Of a stretch of 64,000 nt of DNA, positions 8,613-17,963 are shown piece after piece. Position 1 is the first letter of the stretch. Every line of letters starts with the position of its first letter. The stretch is from contig JAFEDD010000023.1 in the NCBI GenBank assembly GCA_018241765.1, forward strand, positions 49,596-113,595, in the 5' to 3' direction. The notes under the pieces are model-generated. The model made no database searches and was not told the origin of the DNA. It saw nothing but the letters and a program-made list of their open reading frames with translations. The position numbers and the translations under genes are program-made. Origin of the DNA: Pseudomonadota bacterium (GTDB lineage: Bacteria > Pseudomonadota > Gammaproteobacteria > Burkholderiales > Casimicrobiaceae).

Positions 8613-10244
8613 ATGCATTCAACCTCTCGCCGCCTGTCGGCGCCCGGTTTCGTCAAGCGCGCGCTGGTATGCGCGCTTGCGGTACCGGCGCTGATGGCCG
8701 CTGCGCCGATCGCCGCCAAAACGCTGGTGTACTGCTCTGAAGGCAGCCCCGAGAATTTCTACCCGGGCGTCAACACGACCGGCACGTCGTTCGACGCCAA
8801 CTCGCAAATCTACAGCCGCATCGTCGATTTCGAACGCGGCGGCACGGCCGTGGTGCCGGGATTGGCCGAACGCTGGACGATTTCGCCGGACGGCAAGGAA
8901 TACACCTTCCATTTGCGCAAGGGCGTGAAATGGCACAGCAACCGCAATTTCAAACCGTCGCGCGACATGAACGCCGACGACATCATCTTCGCCGTCGAGC
9001 GGATGTGGAAGGAATCGAACCCCTACTTCAAGGTCACGAGCAGCAACCACTCGTACTTCAGCGACATGGGGCTCGACAAGCTGCTGAAGTCGGTGGAAAA
9101 GATCGATGACCACACGGTCAAGATGACACTCACCAAACCCGACGCACCGTTCCTGTCGAGTTGGGCGATGGAGTTCGCCGCCGTTCAATCGAAGGAGTAC
9201 GCCGATGCGATGCTGAAGGCCGGCACGCCCGAGAAAATTGATCAGGAGCCCATCGGCACGGGGCCGTTCTATCTGGTGCAGTACCAGAAGGACGCGATCA
9301 TCCGCTACAAGGCATTCCCGAGCTACTACGGCGGCAAGGCCAAGATCGACGACCTCGTGTTTTCGATCACGCCCGATGCCTCCGTTCGGTGGGCAAAACT
9401 GCAAAAGGGCGAATGTCACGTGATGCCCTACCCGAACCCGGCGGACCTCGACGCCATGCGCAAGGATTCGCGCATCGCCGTACTCGAGCAGCCCGGTCTC
9501 AACATCGGCTATCTGGCTTACAACGTGACCAAGAAGCCGTTTGACGACGTGCGAGTACGCAAAGCGGTCAACATGGCCATCAACAAGCAGGCCATCATCG
9601 ACGCCGTCTACATGAGCACGGGTGTCGCCGCGAAGAACCCGATCCCGCCGACACAGTGGTCCTACAACAACGCGATCAAGGATGATCCCTTCGATCAGGC
9701 CGCCGCGAAAAAGCTTCTCGCCGAAGCCGGGTACGCCAATGGCTTCACGACCGACCTGTGGGCGATGCCGGTGCAACGGCCGTACAACCCGAACGCCAAG
9801 CGCATCGCCGAACTGATGCAGGCGGACTTGGCCAAGGTCGGCATCAAGGCTGAAATCAAGAGCTTCGAGTGGGGCGAGTACCGCAAGCGCATGCAAAACG
9901 GCGAGCACCAGATGGGCATGCTCGGATGGACCGGCGACAACGGAGACCCGGACAACTTCCTGCACACGCTTCTCGGCTGCGAATCCGCAAAAGCCAACGG
10001 CAGCAACGTGGCGAAGTTCTGCTACAAGCCGTTCGACGATTTGGTCGTCAAGGCCAAGACGATCACCGACACAGCCGAGCGGACCAAGCTCTATCAACAG
10101 GCTCAGGTGATCTTCAAGGAGCAAGCGCCCTGGTTCACCATCGCTCACGCTGTGCAGCTGAAGCCGATGCGCAAGGAAGTCATCGACTTCAAGTTGAGCC
10201 CGTTCGGCCGTCACACCTTCTATGGTGTCGACATCAAGGAATGA
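8613..10244 (+). CDS. dppA: Dipeptide ABC transporter substrate-binding protein
   Basis: Signal peptide then KTLVYCSEGSPENF, PIGTGPF, LQKGECHVMPYPNPAD, MGWTGDNGDPDNF. Confidence 0.93.
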   Translation: MHSTSRRLSAPGFVKRALVCALAVPALMAAAPIAAKTLVYCSEGSPENFYPGVNTTGTSFDANSQIYSRIVDFERGGTAVVPGLAERWTISPDGKEYTFHLRKGVKWHSNRNFKPSRDMNADDIIFAVERMWKESNPYFKVTSSNHSYFSDMGLDKLLKSVEKIDDHTVKMTLTKPDAPFLSSWAMEFAAVQSKEYADAMLKAGTPEKIDQEPIGTGPFYLVQYQKDAIIRYKAFPSYYGGKAKIDDLVFSITPDASVRWAKLQKGECHVMPYPNPADLDAMRKDSRIAVLEQPGLNIGYLAYNVTKKPFDDVRVRKAVNMAINKQAIIDAVYMSTGVAAKNPIPPTQWSYNNAIKDDPFDQAAAKKLLAEAGYANGFTTDLWAMPVQRPYNPNAKRIAELMQADLAKVGIKAEIKSFEWGEYRKRMQNGEHQMGMLGWTGDNGDPDNFLHTLLGCESAKANGSNVAKFCYKPFDDLVVKAKTITDTAERTKLYQQAQVIFKEQAPWFTIAHAVQLKPMRKEVIDFKLSPFGRHTFYGVDIKE

Positions 10245-10269
10245 CCGAACGCTCGCGCGTTCAAACTTG

Positions 10270-10297
10270 CGGGCCGCCTAGCGGCCCGTTTTTTTTT
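10270..10297 (+). terminator. Intrinsic terminator after dppA
   Basis: CGGGCCGC-CTA-GCGGCCCG followed by nine T. Confidence 0.9.
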
Positions 10298-10317
10298 GCG
10301 TCAGACCTGCGACGCGA

Positions 10318-11730
10318 TCAAAACGATGCCGTCGAGCGCACCGACTGAATCGGCGTCGCGGCGCCGTAGGCTTCAGCCGACGCGTAATTCTCAAACCGCG
10401 TGAACTCGCCGCGGAAGGTCAGATTCACGGTGCCGATCGGCCCGTTGCGCTGCTTGCCGATGATGATCTCCGCCACGCCCTTCTGGGCCGATTCCTGGTT
10501 GTAGACCTCGTCGCGATAGATGAAGAGAATCACGTCGGCATCCTGCTCGATGGCGCCGGACTCGCGCAGGTCGCTCATGACCGGACGCTTGTTCGGGCGT
10601 TGTTCGAGAGATCGGTTGAGCTGCGACAGCGCGATCACCGGCACCTGAAGCTCCTTCGCGAGCGCTTTCAGCGAGCGTGAGATTTCGGAGATTTCGGTGG
10701 CCCTGTTTTCGCCACCGCTTGCGCTCTGCATCAGTTGGATGTAGTCGACGATGATGAGCCCGAGCCCGCCGACTTGCCGCGCCAGACGGCGGGCGCGTGC
10801 CCGCAGTTCGAAGGGGTTCAAGGCGGGCGTCTCGTCGATGTACATCGGGGAAGCATCGAGCTGCGACAGCGCTTCGGTGAAACGCGACCAGTCGCCCTCC
10901 GACAGCCGGCCCGTACGCAGCACGTGCTGGTCGAGTTTGCCGACCGAGCCGATCAAACGCATCGCGAGCTGCAAGGAGCCCATCTCCATCGAGAACACGG
11001 CGACTGGCTGCTTGAGCTTCACGGCCACGTGCTCGCCAATGTTGAGAGAAAACGCAGTCTTGCCCATCGAAGGGCGTCCGGCGACGATGACGAGGTCGCC
11101 GCGCTGCAACCCTGCCGTCATGCGGTCGAGATCGGCGTAGCCAGTCGCGATGCCGGTGACGTCACTCGGGTTTTCGCGTCGATAGAGCTCCTCGACACGT
11201 TCGATCGCCTGCGCCGTGAGGTCCGAAAGCGACACGAAGTTCTGCTTGCTGCGATCGCCGGACTCGGCGATTTCGAATACCTTGCCCTCGGCCTCGTCGA
11301 GCAGTTGCTCACTGCTGCGCCCCATCGGGTTGAACGCTGCCTCGGCGATCTCGGTGGCGACACCCGCGAGACGTCGCATCACCGAGCGATCGCGCACGAT
11401 TTCGGCGTAGCGCCGCACGTTCGCCGCCGTCGGAACCGCGTTGGCGATGGCGCCGATGTAGGCCAGGCCGCCGACGTAGTCGAGCTTGCCGGCCGCGCGA
11501 AGACTCTCGGCCACGGTCACCGCGTCGGCAGGATGATTGTCTGCGGCGAGCCGGTTGATATGTTCGTAGACGAGGCGGTGGCCTTCGTTGTAGAAATCCG
11601 CAGCGGACAACACGTCGGCCACGCGATCGATGGCGTTGTTGTCGATGATCAACGCGCCGAGCACCGACTGCTCGGCCTCGATCGAATGCGGCGGGATGCG
11701 CAGGGATTGAAGTTCGGTGTCGACAGCCAT
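10318..11730 (-). CDS. dnaB: Replicative DNA helicase
   Basis: PPHSIEAEQSVLG, Walker A AGRPSMGKT, IIVDYIQLM, LSQLNR, DLRESGAIEQDAD, KQRNGP; start placed at MAVDTELQ (11739 also possible). Confidence 0.97.
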   Translation of the reverse strand: MAVDTELQSLRIPPHSIEAEQSVLGALIIDNNAIDRVADVLSAADFYNEGHRLVYEHINRLAADNHPADAVTVAESLRAAGKLDYVGGLAYIGAIANAVPTAANVRRYAEIVRDRSVMRRLAGVATEIAEAAFNPMGRSSEQLLDEAEGKVFEIAESGDRSKQNFVSLSDLTAQAIERVEELYRRENPSDVTGIATGYADLDRMTAGLQRGDLVIVAGRPSMGKTAFSLNIGEHVAVKLKQPVAVFSMEMGSLQLAMRLIGSVGKLDQHVLRTGRLSEGDWSRFTEALSQLDASPMYIDETPALNPFELRARARRLARQVGGLGLIIVDYIQLMQSASGGENRATEISEISRSLKALAKELQVPVIALSQLNRSLEQRPNKRPVMSDLRESGAIEQDADVILFIYRDEVYNQESAQKGVAEIIIGKQRNGPIGTVNLTFRGEFTRFENYASAEAYGAATPIQSVRSTASF

Positions 11731-11880
11731 CTGCGGCATTTTATCGGGCGAGGCCGACCTCATGATCGATTGCGCGGCCCGAGCGACGGAGGGTATTCAC
11801 CGAGCACGATGCGTGTTAGGATGCCTCCGCCGTGCAAACGGCATGGACGAGGGTCGGGGCGACGTCGGATTGCCCGAATA

Positions 11881-11894
11881 TTGAACCACATCAA
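11881..11894 (+). promoter_or_regulatory. FNR/DNR/NnrR-type box upstream of the oxidase operon
   Basis: TTGAA-CCAC-ATCAA, one mismatch to TTGAT-N4-ATCAA. Confidence 0.7.
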
Positions 11895-12068
11895 ATCGTT
11901 TGCATTGCACGCTCAGCACAATAACGCCACTTGTGCCCTGCGTGTGCTGATCGCGCTGAAACTGCCGACCCTCGGTCGCCAGGATTTCATTGCGAGAGGC
12001 CACGCGGCGCGGCACACCACGATCGAAACCCATCCGCAAGGATGACGCATCACGAGGGAGAACCTACC

Positions 12069-12221
12069 ATGGACCACGACGACGAGAACGCACCCGTTCC
12101 CTTCATGCAACGGCTGCTCGACAGTCCGTTCATTCTGCTCTTTCTTGGAGTCACGATCCCGATGGTTCTCTACAACCTGTGGGGCGTCATCGAAATCCTC
12201 ATGCTGCCCACCACCAAATAG
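12069..12221 (+). CDS. Small single-TM subunit of the heme-copper oxidase (50 aa)
   Basis: RBS GAGGGAG; MDHDDENAPVPFMQRLLDSPFILLFLG...; first gene of the operon; start re-assigned from the 11931 ORF. Confidence 0.75.
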   Translation: MDHDDENAPVPFMQRLLDSPFILLFLGVTIPMVLYNLWGVIEILMLPTTK

Positions 12222-12233
12222 CGAGGTCGCACG

Positions 12234-12773
12234 ATGAGCGCCATTCTCCCCCCCGCAGAACGACTCTGGTACAAACACCCGATCGATCGCGTCGAAGGCA
12301 CCTGGATCACCATCGCGTTGGTCTGGTGTCTCATTCTGTTCTTCATGATGGTCGGCTGGCACATCTGGGGCAAACAGAACCTCTCCACCGAAACCTATCG
12401 CACGACGCCGGAACAGTTCATGACCAAGGCGGAAGCGGTTGCCGCCAAGTACACCGTGCGCACCGAGACCGAGCAAAACATCCCCGTCGTCGCGCCGCCG
12501 CCCGGCAGCGACGTCTACATGCTCGGACGTCTTTGGAACTTCTGGCCGATCCTCGAGCTGCAGAAAGACAAGACCTATCGCCTTCACCTGACGGCCATGG
12601 ACTACAACCACGGCTTCTCGTTGCAACCGGCGAACATCAACATCCAACTGGTGCCCGGCTTCGAGCACGTGGTGACGGTTACACCCAATCAGGCAGGCAC
12701 GTACTCGGTGGTCTGTAACGAATTCTGCGGCATCGGTCATCACCAGATGGTCGGGCGCATCTACGTCAAGTGA
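12234..12773 (+). CDS. Heme-copper oxidase subunit II (CuA), B-family-like, no heme c
   Basis: One TM helix; HGFS and CNEFCGIGHHQM CuA ligands. Confidence 0.92.
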   Translation: MSAILPPAERLWYKHPIDRVEGTWITIALVWCLILFFMMVGWHIWGKQNLSTETYRTTPEQFMTKAEAVAAKYTVRTETEQNIPVVAPPPGSDVYMLGRLWNFWPILELQKDKTYRLHLTAMDYNHGFSLQPANINIQLVPGFEHVVTVTPNQAGTYSVVCNEFCGIGHHQMVGRIYVK

Positions 12774-12783
12774 GGAAGCGGTC

Positions 12784-14481
12784 ATGAGCGCCACCACAAC
12801 CTACCGTACCTGCCCGCGCTCCGGGCTTCAGTTCGAAAATCAGGCCGAGAAGCTGATCAAGGCCAATGCCGTCATGGCCGTGCTCTGGCTCGCATTCGGC
12901 GGCATTCTTGCCATCGGCGTCGTGCTGACGCGTTGGCCCGCCATTCACTGGCTGCCGGCCGATACGTTCTACATGGTTCTGACCGCCCACGGCCTCGACA
13001 TGCTGATCTTCTGGATCATCTTCTTCGAGATCGCCGTGCTCTACTTCGCCTCCTCGACGCTGCTGCGATGCCGAATCGCGACGCCCAAGGTCGCGTGGCT
13101 CGCCTTTGGCCTGATGGTCATCGGCTCGATCATGAACAACGTCGCCGTCTTCCGCGGCGCGTCCAGCGTCATGATGACGTCGTACGTGCCGATGATGGCC
13201 GAACCCAGCTTCTACCTCGGCATCATCCTGTTCGCCGTGGGCGCGCTGATCGGCTGTTTCGTGTTCTTCGGCACCTTGGTCGTCGCCAAGCGCGAGAAAA
13301 CCTACGAAGGCTCGGTGCCGCTGGTCACGTTCGGCGCATTGACGGCCGCCATCATCGCGGTGTTCACACTGCTGTCGGGCGCGCTGATCATCGTTCCGGC
13401 GTGGCTGATGTCGCTTGCCGTCATGAACGTCGATCCGCTCATCTACCGTACCGTCTGGTGGGCTCTGGGGCACAGTTCGCAGCAAATCAACGTCGCCACG
13501 CACGTCTCGGTGTGGTATTTGGTCGCAGCCGTCGCACTGGGCGCCAAGCCCATGAGCGAACGCGTATCGCGCGTTGCGTTCCTCCTCTACATCCTGTTCC
13601 TGCAACTCGCCAGCGCGCACCATCTGCTGGCCGACCCTGGCGTCGGCACCGCGTGGAAGGTCGTGAACACGAGCTACTTCATGTACCTCGCCGTGCTCGC
13701 ATCGATGCTGCACGGACTGACCGTTCCCGGCGCGATGGAAGTCGCGCAGCGGCAGAAGGGTTACACCAAGGGATTGTTCGAGTGGCTGCGCAAGGCACCC
13801 TGGGGCAATCCGACGTTTGCCGGCGTGTTCATTTCGATCATCGGGTTCGGCTTCCTCGGCGGCATCACCGGCGTCATGATGGGTACCGAGCAGCTCAACC
13901 TGATCATCCACAACACCATCTACGTTCCGGGGCACTTCCACGCCACCGTCGTGGTGGGCACCACGCTCACCTTCATGGCGCTGACGTTCTACCTGATCCC
14001 GGTGCTGTTCAAGCGGGAAATGATTTCGCCCAAGCTCGCGCAGTGGCAGCCCTATCTGTTTGGCTTCTCGATGTACTTCTTCTGCCTCGTCATGATGGGC
14101 GCGGGAACACTCGGCGTATCACGGCGCCATTGGGACATGGCGTTCCAGGGCAACGCACTCGCCTACGAGTGGCCGGGTGCCGCGTACCTGATGATGGCAC
14201 TGGTGGGCATCGCTGGCGTTGCGGCCATTCTCGGCGGCATCATCTTCGTCTACATCACGGTGGGCTCGCTGTTGTGGGGACGAAAGCTCGAGCCGGGCAA
14301 GAGCAGTGCGGCGTTCACCCCCGTCCCGCGTGCGGCCCCGACCACGGCGGCCCAAACGTACGGATCGATGGGGTTTGCCGCACCGGGCACGTTCGCACTG
14401 GCCATGATCTTCCTCGTGGCGTTCGTGCTCTACTACTTCATCAACTGGAAGTATCTGTCGACCCTCTGGGGCCTCAGCTGA
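12784..14481 (+). CDS. Heme-copper oxidase subunit I, eNOR-like putative nitric oxide reductase
   Basis: Six His ligands (TAHG, GHSSQQ, SAHH, GHFH); His+4 position is Gln instead of the cross-linked Tyr of O2 reductases. Family membership is secure; the NOR function is inferred. Confidence 0.8.
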   Translation: MSATTTYRTCPRSGLQFENQAEKLIKANAVMAVLWLAFGGILAIGVVLTRWPAIHWLPADTFYMVLTAHGLDMLIFWIIFFEIAVLYFASSTLLRCRIATPKVAWLAFGLMVIGSIMNNVAVFRGASSVMMTSYVPMMAEPSFYLGIILFAVGALIGCFVFFGTLVVAKREKTYEGSVPLVTFGALTAAIIAVFTLLSGALIIVPAWLMSLAVMNVDPLIYRTVWWALGHSSQQINVATHVSVWYLVAAVALGAKPMSERVSRVAFLLYILFLQLASAHHLLADPGVGTAWKVVNTSYFMYLAVLASMLHGLTVPGAMEVAQRQKGYTKGLFEWLRKAPWGNPTFAGVFISIIGFGFLGGITGVMMGTEQLNLIIHNTIYVPGHFHATVVVGTTLTFMALTFYLIPVLFKREMISPKLAQWQPYLFGFSMYFFCLVMMGAGTLGVSRRHWDMAFQGNALAYEWPGAAYLMMALVGIAGVAAILGGIIFVYITVGSLLWGRKLEPGKSSAAFTPVPRAAPTTAAQTYGSMGFAAPGTFALAMIFLVAFVLYYFINWKYLSTLWGLS

Positions 14482-14519
14482 TTCCTTGACGTTGGTTCTG
14501 TGATGGAGAAGGATTCACC

Positions 14520-15413
14520 GTGAGCATGTCGCTTGCGCAGGGGGGACCTGCCGCGCCCACATGGCGTACCGTGGTCGGCATCTTCAAACTGCGCATCGGC
14601 GTGCTGATCATGCTCACGGCGCTCGCCGGGGCAGCCTTCTCCACCGCACCGGCGCCGGCGGCCTGGAAGGTCGCCCTCATGGCGCTGTGCGTCCTCGCCT
14701 CCTCGGCGGCGGCGGGTGCGTTCAATCAGTTCATCGAAGCGGACAGCGACCGCCTGATGAAGCGCACCCAGGGTCGCGCCTTCGCGACCGGAACGCTGAA
14801 GGCCGGGCCGTTCTGGCTCGGCATCATTCTTGTGCTGCTGGCCGCCGCCGTCGCAGCAACAGCATGGTTCATCAACGTAACGGCGGCGGTGTTTTTGTTC
14901 CTCGGCGCATTCACCTATGCGGTCGTCTACACCGTCGTACTCAAGCGCCGAACGTGGTGGAACATCGTCTTCGGTGGCGCTGCGGGCAGTTTCGCGGTGC
15001 TGACTGGCGCCGCAGCGGCCGATCCGTCGATCGGAGCATTGCCGGCGCTCTTTGCGCTCGTCTTGTTGCTCTGGACCCCCCCGCACTTCTGGAGCCTTGC
15101 CATTGCAACGCGCGATGACTATGCCGCCGCAGGCATTCCGATGCTACCGGTCGTCGTCGGCGTCGAGCGCGCCGCCCGCGTGGTCCATGGCAACGCAATC
15201 GCCCTGGTTGCGGCCTCGCTGTTGCCAGCGCTCTTTGGCGCCGGGCCCGCCTATCTGGTGGCCGCGATCGTCGGCGGCGGTTTCTTTCTGTATCGCACCC
15301 ATGCGCTTGCACGGCACCCGGAGCGGCGAACCGCGATGGCATCGTTCTTCGCCTCGATGCTGCAACTCGCCGCCTTGATCGTCGGAATCGTCGTCGATGC
15401 TGCCCTGCACTAG
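14520..15413 (+). CDS. cyoE: Protoheme IX farnesyltransferase (heme O synthase)
   Basis: GTG start; FKLRIG, FNQFIEADSDRLMKRT, YTVVLKRRT, WTPPHFWSLA..DDYAAAGIPMLP. Confidence 0.93.
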   Translation: MSMSLAQGGPAAPTWRTVVGIFKLRIGVLIMLTALAGAAFSTAPAPAAWKVALMALCVLASSAAAGAFNQFIEADSDRLMKRTQGRAFATGTLKAGPFWLGIILVLLAAAVAATAWFINVTAAVFLFLGAFTYAVVYTVVLKRRTWWNIVFGGAAGSFAVLTGAAAADPSIGALPALFALVLLLWTPPHFWSLAIATRDDYAAAGIPMLPVVVGVERAARVVHGNAIALVAASLLPALFGAGPAYLVAAIVGGGFFLYRTHALARHPERRTAMASFFASMLQLAALIVGIVVDAALH

Positions 15414-16398
15414 CAAACGGCCCATCTCCTCGCACGAAGGTGCGCAAGCTCGACTCGCTCTGCGCAGATCGGTCGCTCCACGCGACCAAACGGACGCCAC
15501 TGCGCCATCGAAGCATCGCGCCTGCGCCCCACGTACGCTCCTTCATGAGGCGGCTCGATTCGCGGCACTCATCGTTCTCGGCCTCACGGCCGGCTTCGTC
15601 AACGCGGCCATCGGCGATCGGCTCGATGAGCGCGCGGCGATGGCGGCGAGCCAGGCCGTCATCGGCACCATTCCGCCCGACTTTACGCTGCTCGATCGCA
15701 AGAACCGCCCCGTTCGCCTGTCGAGTTACCGTGGAAAGCCGTTGTTGATCAGCTTCATCTACACCGGCTGTTTCACCATTTGCCCGACGCAGACGCGCAT
15801 GCTGCAGGAGTCGCTGCGCGGACTCGAGCGCATGGGCGGTCTTGGCGACTTCAACGTCGTCAGCATCGGGTTCAACCAGCCGTTCGATTCGCCGCAGGCG
15901 TTGCGCGCCTTCGCCGCACAGAATCGTATCGATCAGGACAACTGGGAGTTTCTGAGCCCGCACCGAAACAACGTCGACGCGCTGACCCGCGCCTACGGCT
16001 TCACGTACGTCGAGACACCGGCGGGTTTTGACCATATCGTCGGAGTGACCCTGATCGATGCCGAGGGCCGCATTCACGCCCAGATCTATGGCAAGAACTT
16101 GACGGCCGAAAAACTCGGTGTGCCGCTCCGGCGCTTGGCGCTCAACGCCCCCCCCGAAATCGGCGGCCTGTCGTTCGACCAGGTGGTCGAACGCGTGCGC
16201 ATCCTGTGCACCGTCTACGACGCCGAGACAGGCGAATACCGGTACGACTGGAAGCTCTTCTTCGAAGTGTTCAGCGGCCTTTTGTTTTTCCTGACGGTCG
16301 GTATCTACTTCTGGCGCGAGTGGCAGAGCCAGCGGCGTGCACGCGCCGAGCGATCCACCGCCGCGGCCGTCAGCGGGACGCCTGCGCCAGAAGCGTGA
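15397..16398 (+). CDS. SCO1/SenC copper chaperone with C-terminal membrane extension (start uncertain)
   Basis: FIYTGCFTICP (CxxxC), FDHIVG conserved His, thioredoxin-like fold. Confidence 0.85.
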   Translation: MLPCTSKRPISSHEGAQARLALRRSVAPRDQTDATAPSKHRACAPRTLLHEAARFAALIVLGLTAGFVNAAIGDRLDERAAMAASQAVIGTIPPDFTLLDRKNRPVRLSSYRGKPLLISFIYTGCFTICPTQTRMLQESLRGLERMGGLGDFNVVSIGFNQPFDSPQALRAFAAQNRIDQDNWEFLSPHRNNVDALTRAYGFTYVETPAGFDHIVGVTLIDAEGRIHAQIYGKNLTAEKLGVPLRRLALNAPPEIGGLSFDQVVERVRILCTVYDAETGEYRYDWKLFFEVFSGLLFFLTVGIYFWREWQSQRRARAERSTAAAVSGTPAPEA

Positions 16399-17945
16399 GC
16401 CTCGCCGCCGCGCCGAAGTTGTGGCGCCGACTCGAACAGCTGCTCGACCGCGCGTTGGGTGCTCGCGCCAACCCCATCCGTCATCTCGGGGCGCTGGCAT
16501 TTCTCGCCTTCTGGTTGCTCGCGCTCAGCGGGCTGTGGCTGTATGCCGTACTCGACACATCAGCCAGCGGTGCGTATGCGTCGATCGAAGCGCTGTCCCG
16601 CGTGCCTTGGTCCATCGGCGGAGTACTTCGCAGCATGCACCGCTACGGAGCCGACGCTTTCGTGATGTTGACTGCGCTGCATCTGCTGCGCGAGCTCCTT
16701 CACGGACGCTTCCGCCACTTCCGCCGCTTCTCCTGGCTGACTGGCAGCGCGCTGCTGCCGATCATCGCGGTCAGTGCCGTCGGTGGCTTCTGGCTCAACT
16801 GGGATCGACTCGGCCAGTTCTCGGCCACCGCCACGGCGGAGTGGCTCGACGCGCTGCCACTCCTGGGTTCGACGTTGGCGCGCAATTTCCTGACGACGGC
16901 GAACGTCAGCGACCGTCTTTTTTCGCTGTTCGTGTTCGTGCACGTCGGAATGCCTTTGCTGCTCGTGTTTGGGCTTTGGTTTCATATTCAACGCATCACG
17001 CGCGCCGAGGTCTTTCCGCCACGGCCGCTCGCCGTTGGCTTTCTTGCCACGCTGCTCGCCCTGGCGCTCGCGCTTCCGATTCAGAGCCAGGGTCCGGCGC
17101 AATTGGCCAGCATTCCGCCATCGTTGGCGATCGACTGGTTCATTCTGTTCGCTCACCCGCTGATGTACGCCACGTCGGCCGGCCTCGTGTGGGCGATCGC
17201 GATGGTTGGGTTCCTGGCGCTGTTGTTGCTGCCGTTCGTGCCCACACGCATCGCCCGGCCCACCGTCGCCGTCGTTGACCCCGACAACTGCAGCGGCTGC
17301 CAGCGCTGTTTCGTGGACTGCCCCTATGCGGCCATCACCATGGCAGCGCACCCGAGCAAGCGCGCCGGCCATCAGATCGCGGTGGTCGATGTCGATCTCT
17401 GCGCCGGATGCGGCATCTGCGTCGGCGCGTGCCCCTCCTCGACGCCTTTCCGTCACATAGAGGAGTTGGTGACCGGCATCGACATGCCGCAACAAGCGCT
17501 GACCACGTTGCGCAGCGCGTTGCGCCAGCGTCTCCAGCAGCACGCGCAATCGAGCCCGCACGACGCGGCAGACACCGGGCCCATCGTCCTCTTTCGTTGT
17601 TCACAAGGCGCCGACGCTTCCGCCGAAACCGCCGGCGACGTCATCACGCTGCCGCTGATCTGCACCGGACAACTGCCGCCCTCGTTCATCGACTACGCGC
17701 TGCGTGACGGCGCGGCCGCGGTCGTCGTGGCCACCTGTCGCCTCAGTGGCTGCACCTACCGACTTGGTGCGCAGTGGACTTCCGAGCGCCTCAGCGGCGC
17801 ACGCGAACCCCACTTGCGCGCGGCCTACCGCGACGCTCCGAACGTCATGCTCATCGAGGCCGATGCCGGCGAAAACCGCGAGATCGACATGGGTTTGACG
17901 ACGATGCGGGCTCGATTGACGCAGTTCAAAGCAACATCCGTTTGA
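16395..17945 (+). CDS. Cytochrome b N-terminal domain fused to 2x[4Fe-4S] ferredoxin and MvhD/FlpD-like domain
   Basis: GTGA overlap start; two His pairs 14 residues apart (HRY..H, FVH..H); CSGCQRCFVDCP and CAGCGICVGACP; CTGQL...ATCRLSGCTY. Confidence 0.8.
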   Translation: MSLAAAPKLWRRLEQLLDRALGARANPIRHLGALAFLAFWLLALSGLWLYAVLDTSASGAYASIEALSRVPWSIGGVLRSMHRYGADAFVMLTALHLLRELLHGRFRHFRRFSWLTGSALLPIIAVSAVGGFWLNWDRLGQFSATATAEWLDALPLLGSTLARNFLTTANVSDRLFSLFVFVHVGMPLLLVFGLWFHIQRITRAEVFPPRPLAVGFLATLLALALALPIQSQGPAQLASIPPSLAIDWFILFAHPLMYATSAGLVWAIAMVGFLALLLLPFVPTRIARPTVAVVDPDNCSGCQRCFVDCPYAAITMAAHPSKRAGHQIAVVDVDLCAGCGICVGACPSSTPFRHIEELVTGIDMPQQALTTLRSALRQRLQQHAQSSPHDAADTGPIVLFRCSQGADASAETAGDVITLPLICTGQLPPSFIDYALRDGAAAVVVATCRLSGCTYRLGAQWTSERLSGAREPHLRAAYRDAPNVMLIEADAGENREIDMGLTTMRARLTQFKATSV

Positions 17946-17963
17946 CCGGCTAACATTCCATCC

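Noticed and set aside
8619-10214. 531 aa minus-strand ORF, and similar long antisense ORFs at 10735-12045, 19753-21576 and 30598-32124
   Set aside because: Shadows of well-supported genes on the opposite strand, with no recognisable domains.
10318-11730. Possible intein in DnaB
   Set aside because: Length is normal (~470 aa) and the helicase motifs are contiguous.
12784-14481. Calling this a conventional aa3/ba3 cytochrome c oxidase
   Set aside because: The Tyr needed for the His-Tyr cross-link is replaced by Gln.
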